From a plasmid, in the sequence record CP113993.1: DNA of 64,000 nt; one strand, 5' to 3'. Shown one piece after another: positions 30,441-40,522 of this stretch (positions within the stretch are counted from its first letter, which is position 1; the number at the start of each line of letters is the position of its first letter). The notes under the pieces are model-generated. The model was not told where the DNA came from and did not search any database. It saw only the letters and a list, made by a program, of their open reading frames with translations. A program made the translations under genes and the position numbers.

Positions 30441-31052
30441 TTACATCTGGCTTAAATTTTTCTCAGCCCAGATGCGCTTTCCATCAAGTAACGTTTCCAT
30501 CGGCGTCCGGCCGCAGCACATTTTCCCCTGATGGGTTCGCTCATTGTTATAGTGAGCCAGCCATTCATCAAGATCGGATTGTAATGTATCAAGATCTCCA
30601 TATAACTTTTTGCGGAACGTCACCTGATAAAACTCGTTCAGTATCGTTTTGCGGAACCGCTCGCCGATCCCGTTGGTCTGAGGGGACATTGCCTTCGTTT
30701 TCGTGTGTTCGATGTCATTTATCGCCAGATAAAGCTGATAATCATGCAGCTCCACTTTACCGCAATACTCTGTGCCCCTGTCTGTCAGTATCCTCAGCAT
30801 CGGCAGGCCCTGAGACTCATAAAACGGAAGGACACTATCATTCAGTAAATCAGCCGCTGTAATCGGCGTTTTGGTAACATAGAGCTTGCAGTGAGCCACC
30901 TTCGAGTACGTATCAACGAACATCTGCTGATAGATTCGCCCGACGCCTTTCAGGTTGCCCACGTAGAACGTGTCCTGTGACCCCAGATATCCCGGATGAG
31001 CGGTTTCAATCTCACCACAGGCTTCATCATCACTGGCTTTACGCTCCGGCAT
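30441..31052 (-). pseudogene. IS3-family transposase OrfB (DDE integrase core) C-terminal fragment
   Basis: ...ILTDRGTEYCG... and ...SPQTNGIGERFRKTILNE...YNNERTHQG are IS3/retroviral-integrase-type motifs. No orfA or N-terminal part is present. Confidence 0.7.
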
Positions 31053-31645
31053 CGGTTCATAGTCTCCTATTGGTTAAAATAGCTGAAAAGGGTGTGTCAG
31101 AATCCTGCTATGCGCTGGCGCAGTTGAGTTTACTGGTGCAGTGATGTGGATTTCGTGCGTCACTTTCCCGCTAATTCGCGGTTAAAGTGACGCACCGGGC
31201 TGGCGCAGTGTTTGAAAATTACGATTCTGGTGCAGGTTTACGGTCACGCGTCAGCAAAACCTGACGGCAATGCATGCCACAGCCCGTAATGTAAAAAGCG
31301 CTGATTGTCAGCAGATGCAGACTGGCCGGAATACTTCGGCGTGAAAGAACGTTAACCAGCAGGTTGGTACAGTTAAAAGGATAAGTGTGAAATTTGACCT
31401 CTGTCGCAGTCAACTGCGAGCCGGCGTTTGCGGAGGTATTCACCGGTAGGGTCTGCCATCCTGAGTTCCTCAGGCGCTTCTTTCAGGCCATGAAGCATTT
31501 TGTGCAGGAGGGAGATTAACTCAGGGGGCTACAGTGCGAGAAGGAGAAACTGTTTTTATCTGTAAAAAGATTTTCAATCAATTGTCGATATAAAAAAGAG
31601 AGCGCCGTATGTGACAGCGCCCTCGTTCAGGTTACATAAAAGATA

Positions 31646-31978
31646 TCAGCTCAGAATGGCTTCCAGTCGGGCCAGCACTTCATTTACGACAGCTTCGGGT
31701 ATACGTTCCAGACGCTTACCATTCCGGGCACCCATATCAATCGTTCTGGGCTGGTCGCAGCGAATAACACCCGTTGTTTTTGTTCCCGCGCCGTCCAGGG
31801 AGACGGTAAAACCGGCTGTGCGGGCAAAGTCTCCGCCGCTGGTGACGGGAACGACAACGGGTAACCGGGTGAACTTATTAAATGATGCCGGAGAAACGAT
31901 AAGTACCGGACGTTTTCCGCTTTGTTCATGTCCGGCTGTAGGATCCAGTGAGACGAGCCAGATTTCCCCTCTGTCCAT
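31646..31978 (-). CDS. pemK: PemK/Kid (MazF-family) endoribonuclease toxin
   Basis: 110 aa: MDRGEIWLVSLDPTAGHEQSGKRPVLIVSPASFNKFTRLPVVVPVTSGG... is near-identical in pattern to R100/R1 Kid/PemK. Confidence 0.9.
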   Translation of the reverse strand: MDRGEIWLVSLDPTAGHEQSGKRPVLIVSPASFNKFTRLPVVVPVTSGGDFARTAGFTVSLDGAGTKTTGVIRCDQPRTIDMGARNGKRLERIPEAVVNEVLARLEAILS

Positions 31979-32236
31979 TTACAGGATCTCCTTACCCACT
32001 GCAGGCGCATCCATCCATTCCCTATCCTCATCGCTCATTTCGGCGTGCGGATCGCACTGTGCCAGCAGTTCCTCAAGCGAATAACGGGGCCGTTTCTGGG
32101 GTTCAATAATCAGGCAGCCATTATCAATGGTCATTCCCACTTCGCTGTCTGTCGACAGAGCCAGCGTTTTCAACACGGCGGGAGGAACCGCCAGCATGAC
32201 GGATCCGCCAACCTTTTTCAGACGAGTGGTATACAT
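31979..32236 (-). CDS. pemI: PemI/Kis antitoxin
   Basis: MYTTRLKKVGGSVMLAVPPAVLKTLALSTDSEVGMTIDNGCLIIEPQKRPRYSLEELLAQCDPHAEMSDEDREWMDAPAVGKEIL aligns with Kis/PemI. Its stop abuts the pemK start. The ORF-track N-terminal extension to 32410 was ignored. Confidence 0.85.
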   Translation of the reverse strand: MYTTRLKKVGGSVMLAVPPAVLKTLALSTDSEVGMTIDNGCLIIEPQKRPRYSLEELLAQCDPHAEMSDEDREWMDAPAVGKEIL

Positions 32237-32846
32237 AGAGCACCTCCGGATATTATATTTTAATATAACATCAATGGCTGGCGGAGCGCAATTTTTAGTC
32301 AGATTCATTATGGTTTCCTTAGTGTAGCTAAGCGTAAAGGAGGCCTTAATCCGTCCTAAGACAGATCCGGCAGTTTTCAAAGGCTGCATTACCGGTAAAA
32401 CGGCGACCATCCTGATACATCAGGCGCTTCTTTCAGGTCATGAAGCATTTTGTGCAGGCGGGAGCTTAGTTCGTGGTAAGAAGGCCGATAATAGAAAACT
32501 GTTTTTGCGGTTCAAAGGGTTATGGCGGATCAGATAACCGAAATGCGGCGCAGCTTCCGGCACGGACCTTCTCCGGAGAAGTATCAGCGATAGTACAAAG
32601 GCCATATTAGTTCAGATATGACACCCGGCAATTAGGCAAGAGAAAAAAGGACGAACACGCGTTTACAGAGAACATATGACCTAAAGTAACAATATGACAC
32701 AAGACTAATCATAACGTTACAAAATATATCATGCTCATTGATTTATAAAGAAAAATTAACCACAACTATTGCAATGTCATCCGAGCGGCGTAACATAAAT
32801 TGTTGAAATATTAGTCGCCGAAAAGTCGAGATAGATGAGGTGATAT

Positions 32847-33932
32847 GTGAATCCCCCTTTACTGCGTTCCTATAATGCCGTTATCAAACATACGTTATCC
32901 CAAGCAAAAAAATCCAGAACAACGAAACACATTGCCGGTTTTTGTCAGTTACAGGGGCCCACGGGCAGTGGAAAAACTAGCGCTCTCTACCGTTCTGGCT
33001 TCGCCGATAACGTCCCTCCGGCGTTGGAGACAATAAAAAAATCAGACTCTCAGGCCATTCTGGTTACCCATCGCTGGAATATACTCCACGACATTTACGA
33101 AAAAACAGGTTCGCATGAAGACAGTAATGGAAAACCATTTAACGTTAGTGTGCTTTATGCGCAGGATGAACAAATTGTTTCTGCAATCGAGGTTACGCCA
33201 CTACCTCATGAGAAAGATATTTCCGCAGATTCACTCCCGGATCCCTTTAATTCCATCAACGAACTTGAGGGAAAAAACTTATTTGTCGACCCAGATATTG
33301 CAGACAAACTGCGTAAGAATTGCAGGAATATCCTGTATATCAATAAATTATTGAAAGGATACCCGGCACATTTACGTGCAGCTATCGCCAGTGAAAAAGA
33401 GGCGTTAATAAAATCATGTGCGGCAGTTGAGATATCGTTAATTCAAAATATCAAATTGCTGGAAAAAGAAGCCAGGAAGCAAAAAGAAAAATATGGTGAA
33501 GAACATGAACTCTTGCAGGCCGCCAAGCAACGAGTTGATGACTTCCGTCGTCATGCCTGGGTCAGACGCATTCTGCCCGCCATCGCTTGGCGCGACGAAA
33601 AACAACACCTGCTGATTATGACAACCCAAAAGCTCGTTTCATCATTTTACGATGGGCGGCGCAAAGTACGAATGTCCAGCAAAGAGCTGCGCAATTATGT
33701 CATTTTTATTGATGAATTTGATTATCAGGCTGAGGTACTACAGGAATATCTGGCGCAAGCTCAATGGGTTCAGGAACCGCCTGAATGCTTGGGGCAGTTA
33801 CTCGAGGGGGGACGCAGATTACTGCAACGAATGCAGTATGTTGAAACAGCACCTGCCCCGATGATCCGTGAACGTCTTGGGACATTTCTTAACAAACTGG
33901 ATGACGCCTTAAAAGGAAAAAAATTGATTTAA
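32847..33932 (+). CDS. P-loop NTPase (Walker A GPTGSGKTS, DExD-like IFIDEFDYQ), N-terminal part of a probably disrupted larger gene
   Basis: 361 aa and low GC. It ends in an A7 tract, and the -1 frame continues open into the next ORF. Confidence 0.5.
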   Translation: MNPPLLRSYNAVIKHTLSQAKKSRTTKHIAGFCQLQGPTGSGKTSALYRSGFADNVPPALETIKKSDSQAILVTHRWNILHDIYEKTGSHEDSNGKPFNVSVLYAQDEQIVSAIEVTPLPHEKDISADSLPDPFNSINELEGKNLFVDPDIADKLRKNCRNILYINKLLKGYPAHLRAAIASEKEALIKSCAAVEISLIQNIKLLEKEARKQKEKYGEEHELLQAAKQRVDDFRRHAWVRRILPAIAWRDEKQHLLIMTTQKLVSSFYDGRRKVRMSSKELRNYVIFIDEFDYQAEVLQEYLAQAQWVQEPPECLGQLLEGGRRLLQRMQYVETAPAPMIRERLGTFLNKLDDALKGKKLI

Positions 33933-34042
33933 CTCATGCCAGATCGCTAGTAATTCCTCTGCAAAGATATCTGGATAATAAACCCTTCGGTGAACATTAT
34001 TTATTTCGCTCCGATCAACTGGTAACCAGTGAGCGCCTTATC

Positions 34043-34549
34043 ATGCGACAGGCTGAACATGGCTACGAAATTATCAGACCAGATTCCTCATTTCAGGATA
34101 ACGATCAGGCTATCGACATCAGTGATTTTTTGCGCCTGATGGAAAAGTTTATTCGAAAGTTCAGTCTGATGTTAACGGACCTGACAGCCAGCGAAGATGA
34201 AACGTATGAATACATCAAAAAGTTAACCCGACTTCTGTTCGACCCGGTTAATGACTACAGACCGTCATATTATGGTTCAACCCTGCCAAATATGTCCCGG
34301 TTTTTGTTACCACGTACCGATCTGCCTGAACTGCGGGAACTAAGAAAAAGTAATATTTTGCCCAATACACATGCCAGTATTTTTGGGTTAACTAACTGGT
34401 TGCTGAAACAAAATGTTGTGGATACCGATATCGATCCATTACGAATACAGATCAAGCGTGCGTTCTTGCCAACAACAGCAGAAGGTTTACTACTGTCACT
34501 AGCCAGCCGTAATCTCGTTTTTGCACTGTCGTGCCACATCATATATTGA
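34043..34549 (+). CDS. ORF continuing the NTPase reading frame after a -1 shift (middle part), unknown function
   Basis: Frame 2 is open from 33905, upstream of the annotated ATG and overlapping the end of the previous ORF. It has no motifs. Confidence 0.35.
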   Translation: MRQAEHGYEIIRPDSSFQDNDQAIDISDFLRLMEKFIRKFSLMLTDLTASEDETYEYIKKLTRLLFDPVNDYRPSYYGSTLPNMSRFLLPRTDLPELRELRKSNILPNTHASIFGLTNWLLKQNVVDTDIDPLRIQIKRAFLPTTAEGLLLSLASRNLVFALSCHIIY

Positions 34550-35708
34550 AAGAGCCTGCAACCACTTTGATGTCCGGTGGATAAACTCAGCCTTACGCTA
34601 TATTGCAGAAGCACGTAACCCTACAGTTACGGAAAGCTTTCTCGGAACTACTTTTGAAAACCGACCTGATTCCTGGTTTAAAGAACCGATGCCCTACGTT
34701 CAGACCGATGATGACCTTCAGTTACAAAATACCGCGATTGAAGAAATCAATCGCAGCAAGGAAAGCATCAGAAAGACACAACTGAATACTGAGATCCATG
34801 ATTTTAATAGAACAAAGAACAGCCCGCATTCAGCCGATCTTCTCGCTTCTCTGCCCCCCGATTTTTTCCAGAATGATGATGAACCTTCAACAGATTTCGA
34901 ATCAGAATATCGCCAGAATATTCTACTTAAACTGCTTGATGTGCTGGATCTAGCAGGAAAAAGGCCTCAGCACCGAGGGCATCTGGCTTTTGTTAATTCC
35001 ATATCTTATTTAAGAAAATGGCTAACCGCTGCAATAGCGACACAAAGCAGAGATTGCCTCACATGGTTAAAGCTGGATCCGCCTTTATCCGACAATCTTC
35101 TGCTGAAGAATTTTACTGATGTATTTATCCCGTTGACTATACATAACGAGCCCGCACTAATCTGTCTGTTAACCGCAGAATGTCAGAAAAGAAAGGGCTT
35201 CCGTGATGCCTATCAGGCTGCATTTGCTTCCCGACGTATTGTTATTGTGCTGACACAAACTGCCTCTGCCACCAACGGTATAAATCTGGATTTCAGCCTG
35301 CCTGAATCCGGCAAAAATATGGATTTGACCTGTTTATATTTACTGGAATCACGGCATTTTTACTTTTCCGCTTTCCAGACCATTGCAGATAGCAATGATG
35401 ATATGGCACATGCAGGCTTCCAGTTACGCAATCTGGAAAAACTACTACGAGCAGGGGAAATTTCACGTAAACAGCATCAGCGCTTCATCCTGCCACTGAT
35501 GTTGAACAGGAAGAACGAAATCTCCCGGTTAAACGGAGAGTATAAGAGAACCAGCGATTATATAAAAAATACGGCAGCCAATGTTCAACAGCAGGTTGGT
35601 CGTATTGAGAGAGCCTGGTGTGAAGTACCCAACGCTGAGATTCACCTTGATGCTGAACTAGCAAAAGACCTGTCCCGCTTTGCTTCATTACCTATCTATA
35701 CCCAATAA
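34521..35708 (+). CDS. ORF (395 aa, TTG start in the track), probable C-terminal part of the same disrupted gene; unknown function
   Basis: Same frame as 32847-33932 and open from 34503. It ends exactly where the IS630-family element begins. Confidence 0.35.
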   Translation: MHCRATSYIERACNHFDVRWINSALRYIAEARNPTVTESFLGTTFENRPDSWFKEPMPYVQTDDDLQLQNTAIEEINRSKESIRKTQLNTEIHDFNRTKNSPHSADLLASLPPDFFQNDDEPSTDFESEYRQNILLKLLDVLDLAGKRPQHRGHLAFVNSISYLRKWLTAAIATQSRDCLTWLKLDPPLSDNLLLKNFTDVFIPLTIHNEPALICLLTAECQKRKGFRDAYQAAFASRRIVIVLTQTASATNGINLDFSLPESGKNMDLTCLYLLESRHFYFSAFQTIADSNDDMAHAGFQLRNLEKLLRAGEISRKQHQRFILPLMLNRKNEISRLNGEYKRTSDYIKNTAANVQQQVGRIERAWCEVPNAEIHLDAELAKDLSRFASLPIYTQ

Positions 35709-35711
35709 ACC

Positions 35712-36775
35712 TCAAGATGCAGATTTCAGCACCTGAAAGTGATCATTAATTCGGGATGACAGAGAACCTGCTATATCCGGCAGCGTCTGGTTAAAAAACT
35801 CAGATATTGCGTCCCTGAATTCCTTCGTACTACTGAAGTAACGATTATTCCGCGCATGTTCGTTCATTAACTTCCACATTCGCTCTATCGGATTCAGGTT
35901 CGGACTGTAAGGTGGAAGATAATGTAGCCTGATATTTACCACCTCCGCCCAGTCTTTCACTAACTGTGAACGGTGATAACCTGCGCCATCCAGAATAACG
36001 TGAATTTTCTGGTTGTAATCAGGATAAACCTTTCGTATCTCATTGAAAAAACGGGATACGTTATATTCATTAATCGTTTTATATTCGCAGATTAGCGGGT
36101 ATTCCGGGGTCTTCAGATTCAGCGCCCCCATGATATTCAGCCGCGTACGACTGCCTGTTGTTTTTACTGCTTTTTTTCTGGCCTTTGCATATCCAGCCGT
36201 AGCTGATTTTTAGTGGCCTGAGTTGGATGGACTCCATCAATAAAAAGAACCGGTTCATCACCCACGGTTTCTTTCAGTTCCTCATAATATTCAATAAATT
36301 GTCTTTGTTTCTCTTCACTGAACTTATGGGGGACGCCTGACGGCTTTTTGTAAGTGAAGCCGTTACGATGCAGCCACTTGTTCATGCCCGGAACGCTGAA
36401 AACGATGTTCCATGTCCGGGCAACAAACGCAATAACATCGCGGGCATGGTGAAACAAATTATCGGTTAACTGACTGATTAAAAAGGCTGTTTGTTCAGCA
36501 CTGAGTTTACTGTCTGAGCCGCCGTTTTCGGGCTTCAGCTTCCCTTTGTTCAGAAACTCGCTGATATGGTGGTCAACGGTCGTCTGATGCAGGCGCAAAG
36601 CCTGAGCAATCATGGCAGAACTCCAGCCTTCGGAGGCCAGAAGAATGGCTTTAATACGATCCCTGACTCGCCCGTCACGACTGGAATCGTGAAGGCGCTC
36701 AAGTTCAGCTTTTTGTTGGTCAGTGATGAATATTTTCATGGTGAGCAGCATGATCTCCTGTTGCCGAAAAATCAA
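35712..36775 (-). mobile_element. IS630 (Tc1/mariner)-family insertion sequence with a two-ORF transposase joined at an A_AAA_AAG slippery heptamer
   Basis: ORF1 (36164-36775) has an HTH N-terminus and ends ...QRPEKKQ* at the heptamer A AAA AAG. ORF2 (35712-36131) carries DDE-region motifs (...ILDGAGYHRS...YLPPYSPNLNPIERMW...). Confidence 0.75.
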
Positions 36776-37281
36776 GCATCTTCAATGATCACGGGTATAT
36801 TATTGTAAATATGTGAGGAACTCATAACAATCTCACCCTGCCTGTTCATATACCCCCCGTCAGCACCCACCAGACCTGAAATACTGATTAACTGTTCAAT
36901 ATCAAATACGGGGGCTGGTTTTATAAAAACCAGTTCGGTGTAGGTATGTTTATCCTGCCAGAATAGTCTGACCTGATAATGAAGCATATACTTTATATCA
37001 GAAGAAATTACCCCCATTTTTTCTAAAGCGGTAATATCATAAGTCTGAATTTTCTTACTTTCTTCTGTTACCGGCCAGCTGAATTGCGCTACACTGCCTG
37101 CTATGTATGACAGTTGTTTGGCAATCAGATTCGCTGTTGTAAATTCACGCTCCTGATGGAGATAATAAACCCCGCCCAGAACCCCTAGCACAAACAGAAT
37201 AATAACAAAAGCCACTTCTATTAATGTGAATGCCCGTTGAGACTGCTTTTTTTTACTGAGGTGATTCATCTGCCACACCAT
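36772..37281 (-). CDS. type IV pilin-like protein (prepilin; BfpI/PilV-like minor pilin)
   Basis: KKQSQRAFTLIEVAFVIILFVLGVL is a class-III prepilin leader with Glu at +5. The -1 position is Ala rather than Gly. Confidence 0.55.
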   Translation of the reverse strand: MVWQMNHLSKKKQSQRAFTLIEVAFVIILFVLGVLGGVYYLHQEREFTTANLIAKQLSYIAGSVAQFSWPVTEESKKIQTYDITALEKMGVISSDIKYMLHYQVRLFWQDKHTYTELVFIKPAPVFDIEQLISISGLVGADGGYMNRQGEIVMSSSHIYNNIPVIIEDA

Positions 37282-37336
37282 GTTTTATTTTCTGCCGCAC
37301 AGTGGTATCACGACTCCTTCCGGGGGATAGTAGTTT

Positions 37337-37900
37337 TCAGGATATATTTTTATGAAACAATTTCACATACCTCGCCTTAACCTTCTTGATATATCGTTTT
37401 TTCAAGCGAAGTGTACTGGAGTGATAACGCCCCACGCCTTCCCATAAATCACCATTTTCAAGAATAATGGAGCGCTTAAGGATCCAGGTACCGACCTGAA
37501 TATTAAAACAGTCATCATTCTTTAGAACCTGATAGGCCCTGTCACTATCAGAGTCAAAAAAAACTTTGCTGACCAAAGATAACCAGGCACCGGTATTGAT
37601 CTGCATTATGCCCAGATCTTCTGTATTATTTTTATTTGCCACCGCCAGACCATGCCGTCCCCCCTCTACAGAAATGATACTGGTAATAATTTCTGCAGGA
37701 ATATGATTTACCGCGGCCGCCTGAATGAGGCATATGTAAACAGGGATCAGACCAGAAACAAACATGCCATAAATCCTAACGCAAGTGCCGGCCCCATTGG
37801 TGAATACCGCATTCCTTTTAACCGCAGCGGTAGCGCATAGGAAATAAACGACAGCGAGGTAATAAGTAAAAACAGATGTAACATTTCCAGACCTAACCAT
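37337..37900 (-). CDS. lytic transglycosylase (SLT domain; BfpH/PilT-like)
   Basis: ...SIISVEGGRHGL...EDLGIMQINTGAW...AYQV... contains the SLT E-S / GLMQ / AY motifs. The true start is probably internal, since the track ORF overlaps the peptidase gene. Confidence 0.6.
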   Translation of the reverse strand: MVRSGNVTSVFTYYLAVVYFLCATAAVKRNAVFTNGAGTCVRIYGMFVSGLIPVYICLIQAAAVNHIPAEIITSIISVEGGRHGLAVANKNNTEDLGIMQINTGAWLSLVSKVFFDSDSDRAYQVLKNDDCFNIQVGTWILKRSIILENGDLWEGVGRYHSSTLRLKKRYIKKVKARYVKLFHKNIS

Positions 37901-38505
37901 GCACCAGCTGCGGTAGCCAGTGCAATATCCCCCCCGGCAAATACATCCTCTTTTTTAACCAGCCCCGTGATCAACATCGATAAATACATTACAAAAAAGG
38001 CTAACATCGCGCCCAGAATACGCATTTCAGGTAAAATACAGAACGGAGAAAAGGCAAGGCCCAGCCAGAACAACGGATACGTGACAATCGCCGGAAGCCA
38101 GTGCTCATAAATATCAATTAGTGATAAAAAGAGCAGACTCAGAAAGATCACAATAGCCCACAATGCCGTATACATACTACCAAAGTAGATGAATATACAG
38201 ACCCCTCCACATCCGCCAGCCAGTTCTAATACAGGATAACGTCTCGGAATTGGACGATGACAGTGAGAACATCTTCCCTTTGTCAGGAAAAAAACAATAA
38301 CAGGTAACAGGTATAAAAATTTTATCCGCTTTCCACAATAATTACACTGTGACGGCGGTGAACATATAGTAAATTTCTTCCGGGGATTGTCCCGCCACCC
38401 CAACTGATGTGGTAAACGTTCTGCCGCCAGACAGCAAAAGCTGGTGATCGTTGCACATACGATAAAGACAAAAATAATCTGAAGCACAGGAAAATCTTGG
38501 AACAT
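37747..38505 (-). CDS. prepilin peptidase (A24 family; BfpP/PilU-like)
   Basis: N-terminal tetra-Cys motif CNYCGKRI...CSHCHRPI, then multiple TM helices of typical TadV/PilD size. Confidence 0.7.
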   Translation of the reverse strand: MFQDFPVLQIIFVFIVCATITSFCCLAAERLPHQLGWRDNPRKKFTICSPPSQCNYCGKRIKFLYLLPVIVFFLTKGRCSHCHRPIPRRYPVLELAGGCGGVCIFIYFGSMYTALWAIVIFLSLLFLSLIDIYEHWLPAIVTYPLFWLGLAFSPFCILPEMRILGAMLAFFVMYLSMLITGLVKKEDVFAGGDIALATAAGAWLGLEMLHLFLLITSLSFISYALPLRLKGMRYSPMGPALALGFMACLFLV

Positions 38506-39463
38506 TTTGTTTATGCCTGAATTTCACCATAGTGATACAATATACGGTAACTCACGTCATAATAAGATAAAACGAGTTATCATTATACCCCATCCGGTTT
38601 CTGATGGACGAAAAATATCCTTCCCATGTGAGAGTATTTCCTCTCCGTTCACAATCACTTTTCCTGGTCTTTGATCTTTCCATTTCCGGCACGCTACCGC
38701 CCCTGAAAAAACATTCAGTCCGAACTTTTATTACATGAAAATGACACTAACCACTAACTCAAACTGTTGTTAAGCATATATTTTTCTCACACAAATAACA
38801 TCGTAAACCGGTTTTATTGCGTGTATTGAAGATTTAATTTCGTAATATATTTAATCCATCCAGAATTACTGAACGGATTCAGCCGAGACGCCTTTATTTT
38901 ACTGACCACGGTGACAAATCAGCGTTTTTTCTGATTAGGTTCGATAATCCCCGATGCAATATCCGGAATAGATGTTCTTGGATATGGAACCGCCCGATAT
39001 AACACAGCATCGAATGATTCAGAGTCTGACTTGATGGCTTTGAGCCAGCCCATTCACATAAGATCAGCAAAAACTGCATGACCTTCATACCGACGGCACA
39101 CGCCGTCACTAAGCAAGTTGTGCTCCAGCTCCAGGCACGCCTGCCGCTCCTTTCTCCGGGGCATTCGGCATTCATAATAGCAGGGCCCTGCCAGAAGCCT
39201 CTTGGTGGCATCACTGGCAGACAACACGGCAAACACATCCTGCTGATTTTCCTGGCTCGACGTTGCTCCGGCTCTTCCTGACCCTGCATGTCATCATGGG
39301 CTATCCTAAATCCGACAATTCCTGAAACTACCGCAGCATGTAATCTTACGACATCAGCGATACCTGTCAGGAATTCTGTCCAGCTGCCCCTGTTAACAGT
39401 GATCGCTCAGGTAATCACTGCACTCGATAATAAAAGGGCTCATTACCAGCGGTCAGTTCTGGA

Positions 39464-39754
39464 TCAGCATATTCCATTTTTTCGGCGCGTCGTTGATCGC
39501 CAGATATATAATCTTCCGTACCGGTCAATTGTCGGGAATACGTTGCGTTTCTTGATGGCAACCCTGATCACGCTGTGCAACGATTCGATAGCATTCGTGG
39601 TGTAGATGTCCCCTGGCGGATAACTGAAGAGCGTATTGAGGCTTTCCCTGTCGGCACGCCAGCTTTTGCTGATGTGCGGGTACCTGTCGTCCCGGACTTC
39701 TGCGAACGTATCCAGTAAATACTGTGTCTGCTGCCCACTTTTATCAGGCTTCAC
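39464..39754 (-). pseudogene. IS256-family transposase C-terminal fragment
   Basis: ...DIYTTNAIESLHSVIRVAIKKRNVFPT... Confidence 0.6.
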
Positions 39755-40522
39755 TGCCCGAAGTCATTGATAACGACTGTGCGCCGACACGCCGGATCGT
39801 TCAAATACTTCAGCGACAGAAAGGTTGCAGACCATGTCAGCCATCCTTCCTGTAACGCTCCGCGCCCCGTATCTGTGCAGCCTGATAAAAAGCCCCGTTC
39901 CTCGGGAGAGCTCCCCACACGCTGGCATGCCTGAGTGGCAGTACTCCGGCCAGCAGGTTCATACCCGCCTCGACATCAGTGTCAGGTTCGCCACAGGACA
40001 ACATCGGTAATCGGTTCATTGCGGAAAAAAGCCATTGCCCCTTCCGGATTACCATATCACCCGATAAACAATGACAGCGAACAGTCGCATGCACAGAAAA
40101 CGTCAGGTAGTCGTGTATCCACCCAACGGGAAGATGCCCTGAAAAAGTTGTGCAGTTTGCGGGGATATAAGCGGAGGGGCGCTGAAATTAAACAGATAGT
40201 TGAGTGCGGCCATTCTGCTTCCAGCGTGGCATCATGTCCTGGTGTCACTACCCCAGGCTTTACGCCCGGGTAAAAAAGTACAGTCCTCTGCTACGAAGGC
40301 TCCCCTTCCCTTTCACAACACCCATGACCCGTCTGATGATGCTATATCACTACTGCAGTTATTTTGGCGCAGTATAAAACGATATCAGTCATTCACCATC
40401 CAGTAATGATTTCACACATTTTATTTACGTCTGCCGTTATTTATAATCACTGTCAGTCGCTATATACCTATCATATGACAGGGTCTCTTGGTCACCAGAA
40501 AGGGGTTACTCTGTTCAGATAA

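Noticed and set aside
32237-32410. N-terminal 58-codon extension of the pemI ORF in the ORF track
   Set aside because: The PemI/Kis homology begins at MYTTRLKK (ATG near 32234-32236), and the extension has no homology. The ORF-finder simply ran to the upstream stop.
38530-39460. ORFs 38894-39289 and 39078-39605 in the spacer upstream of the pilus remnant
   Set aside because: They are overlapping ORFs on opposite strands with no motifs, flanked by IS256 debris. They are most likely non-coding decay.
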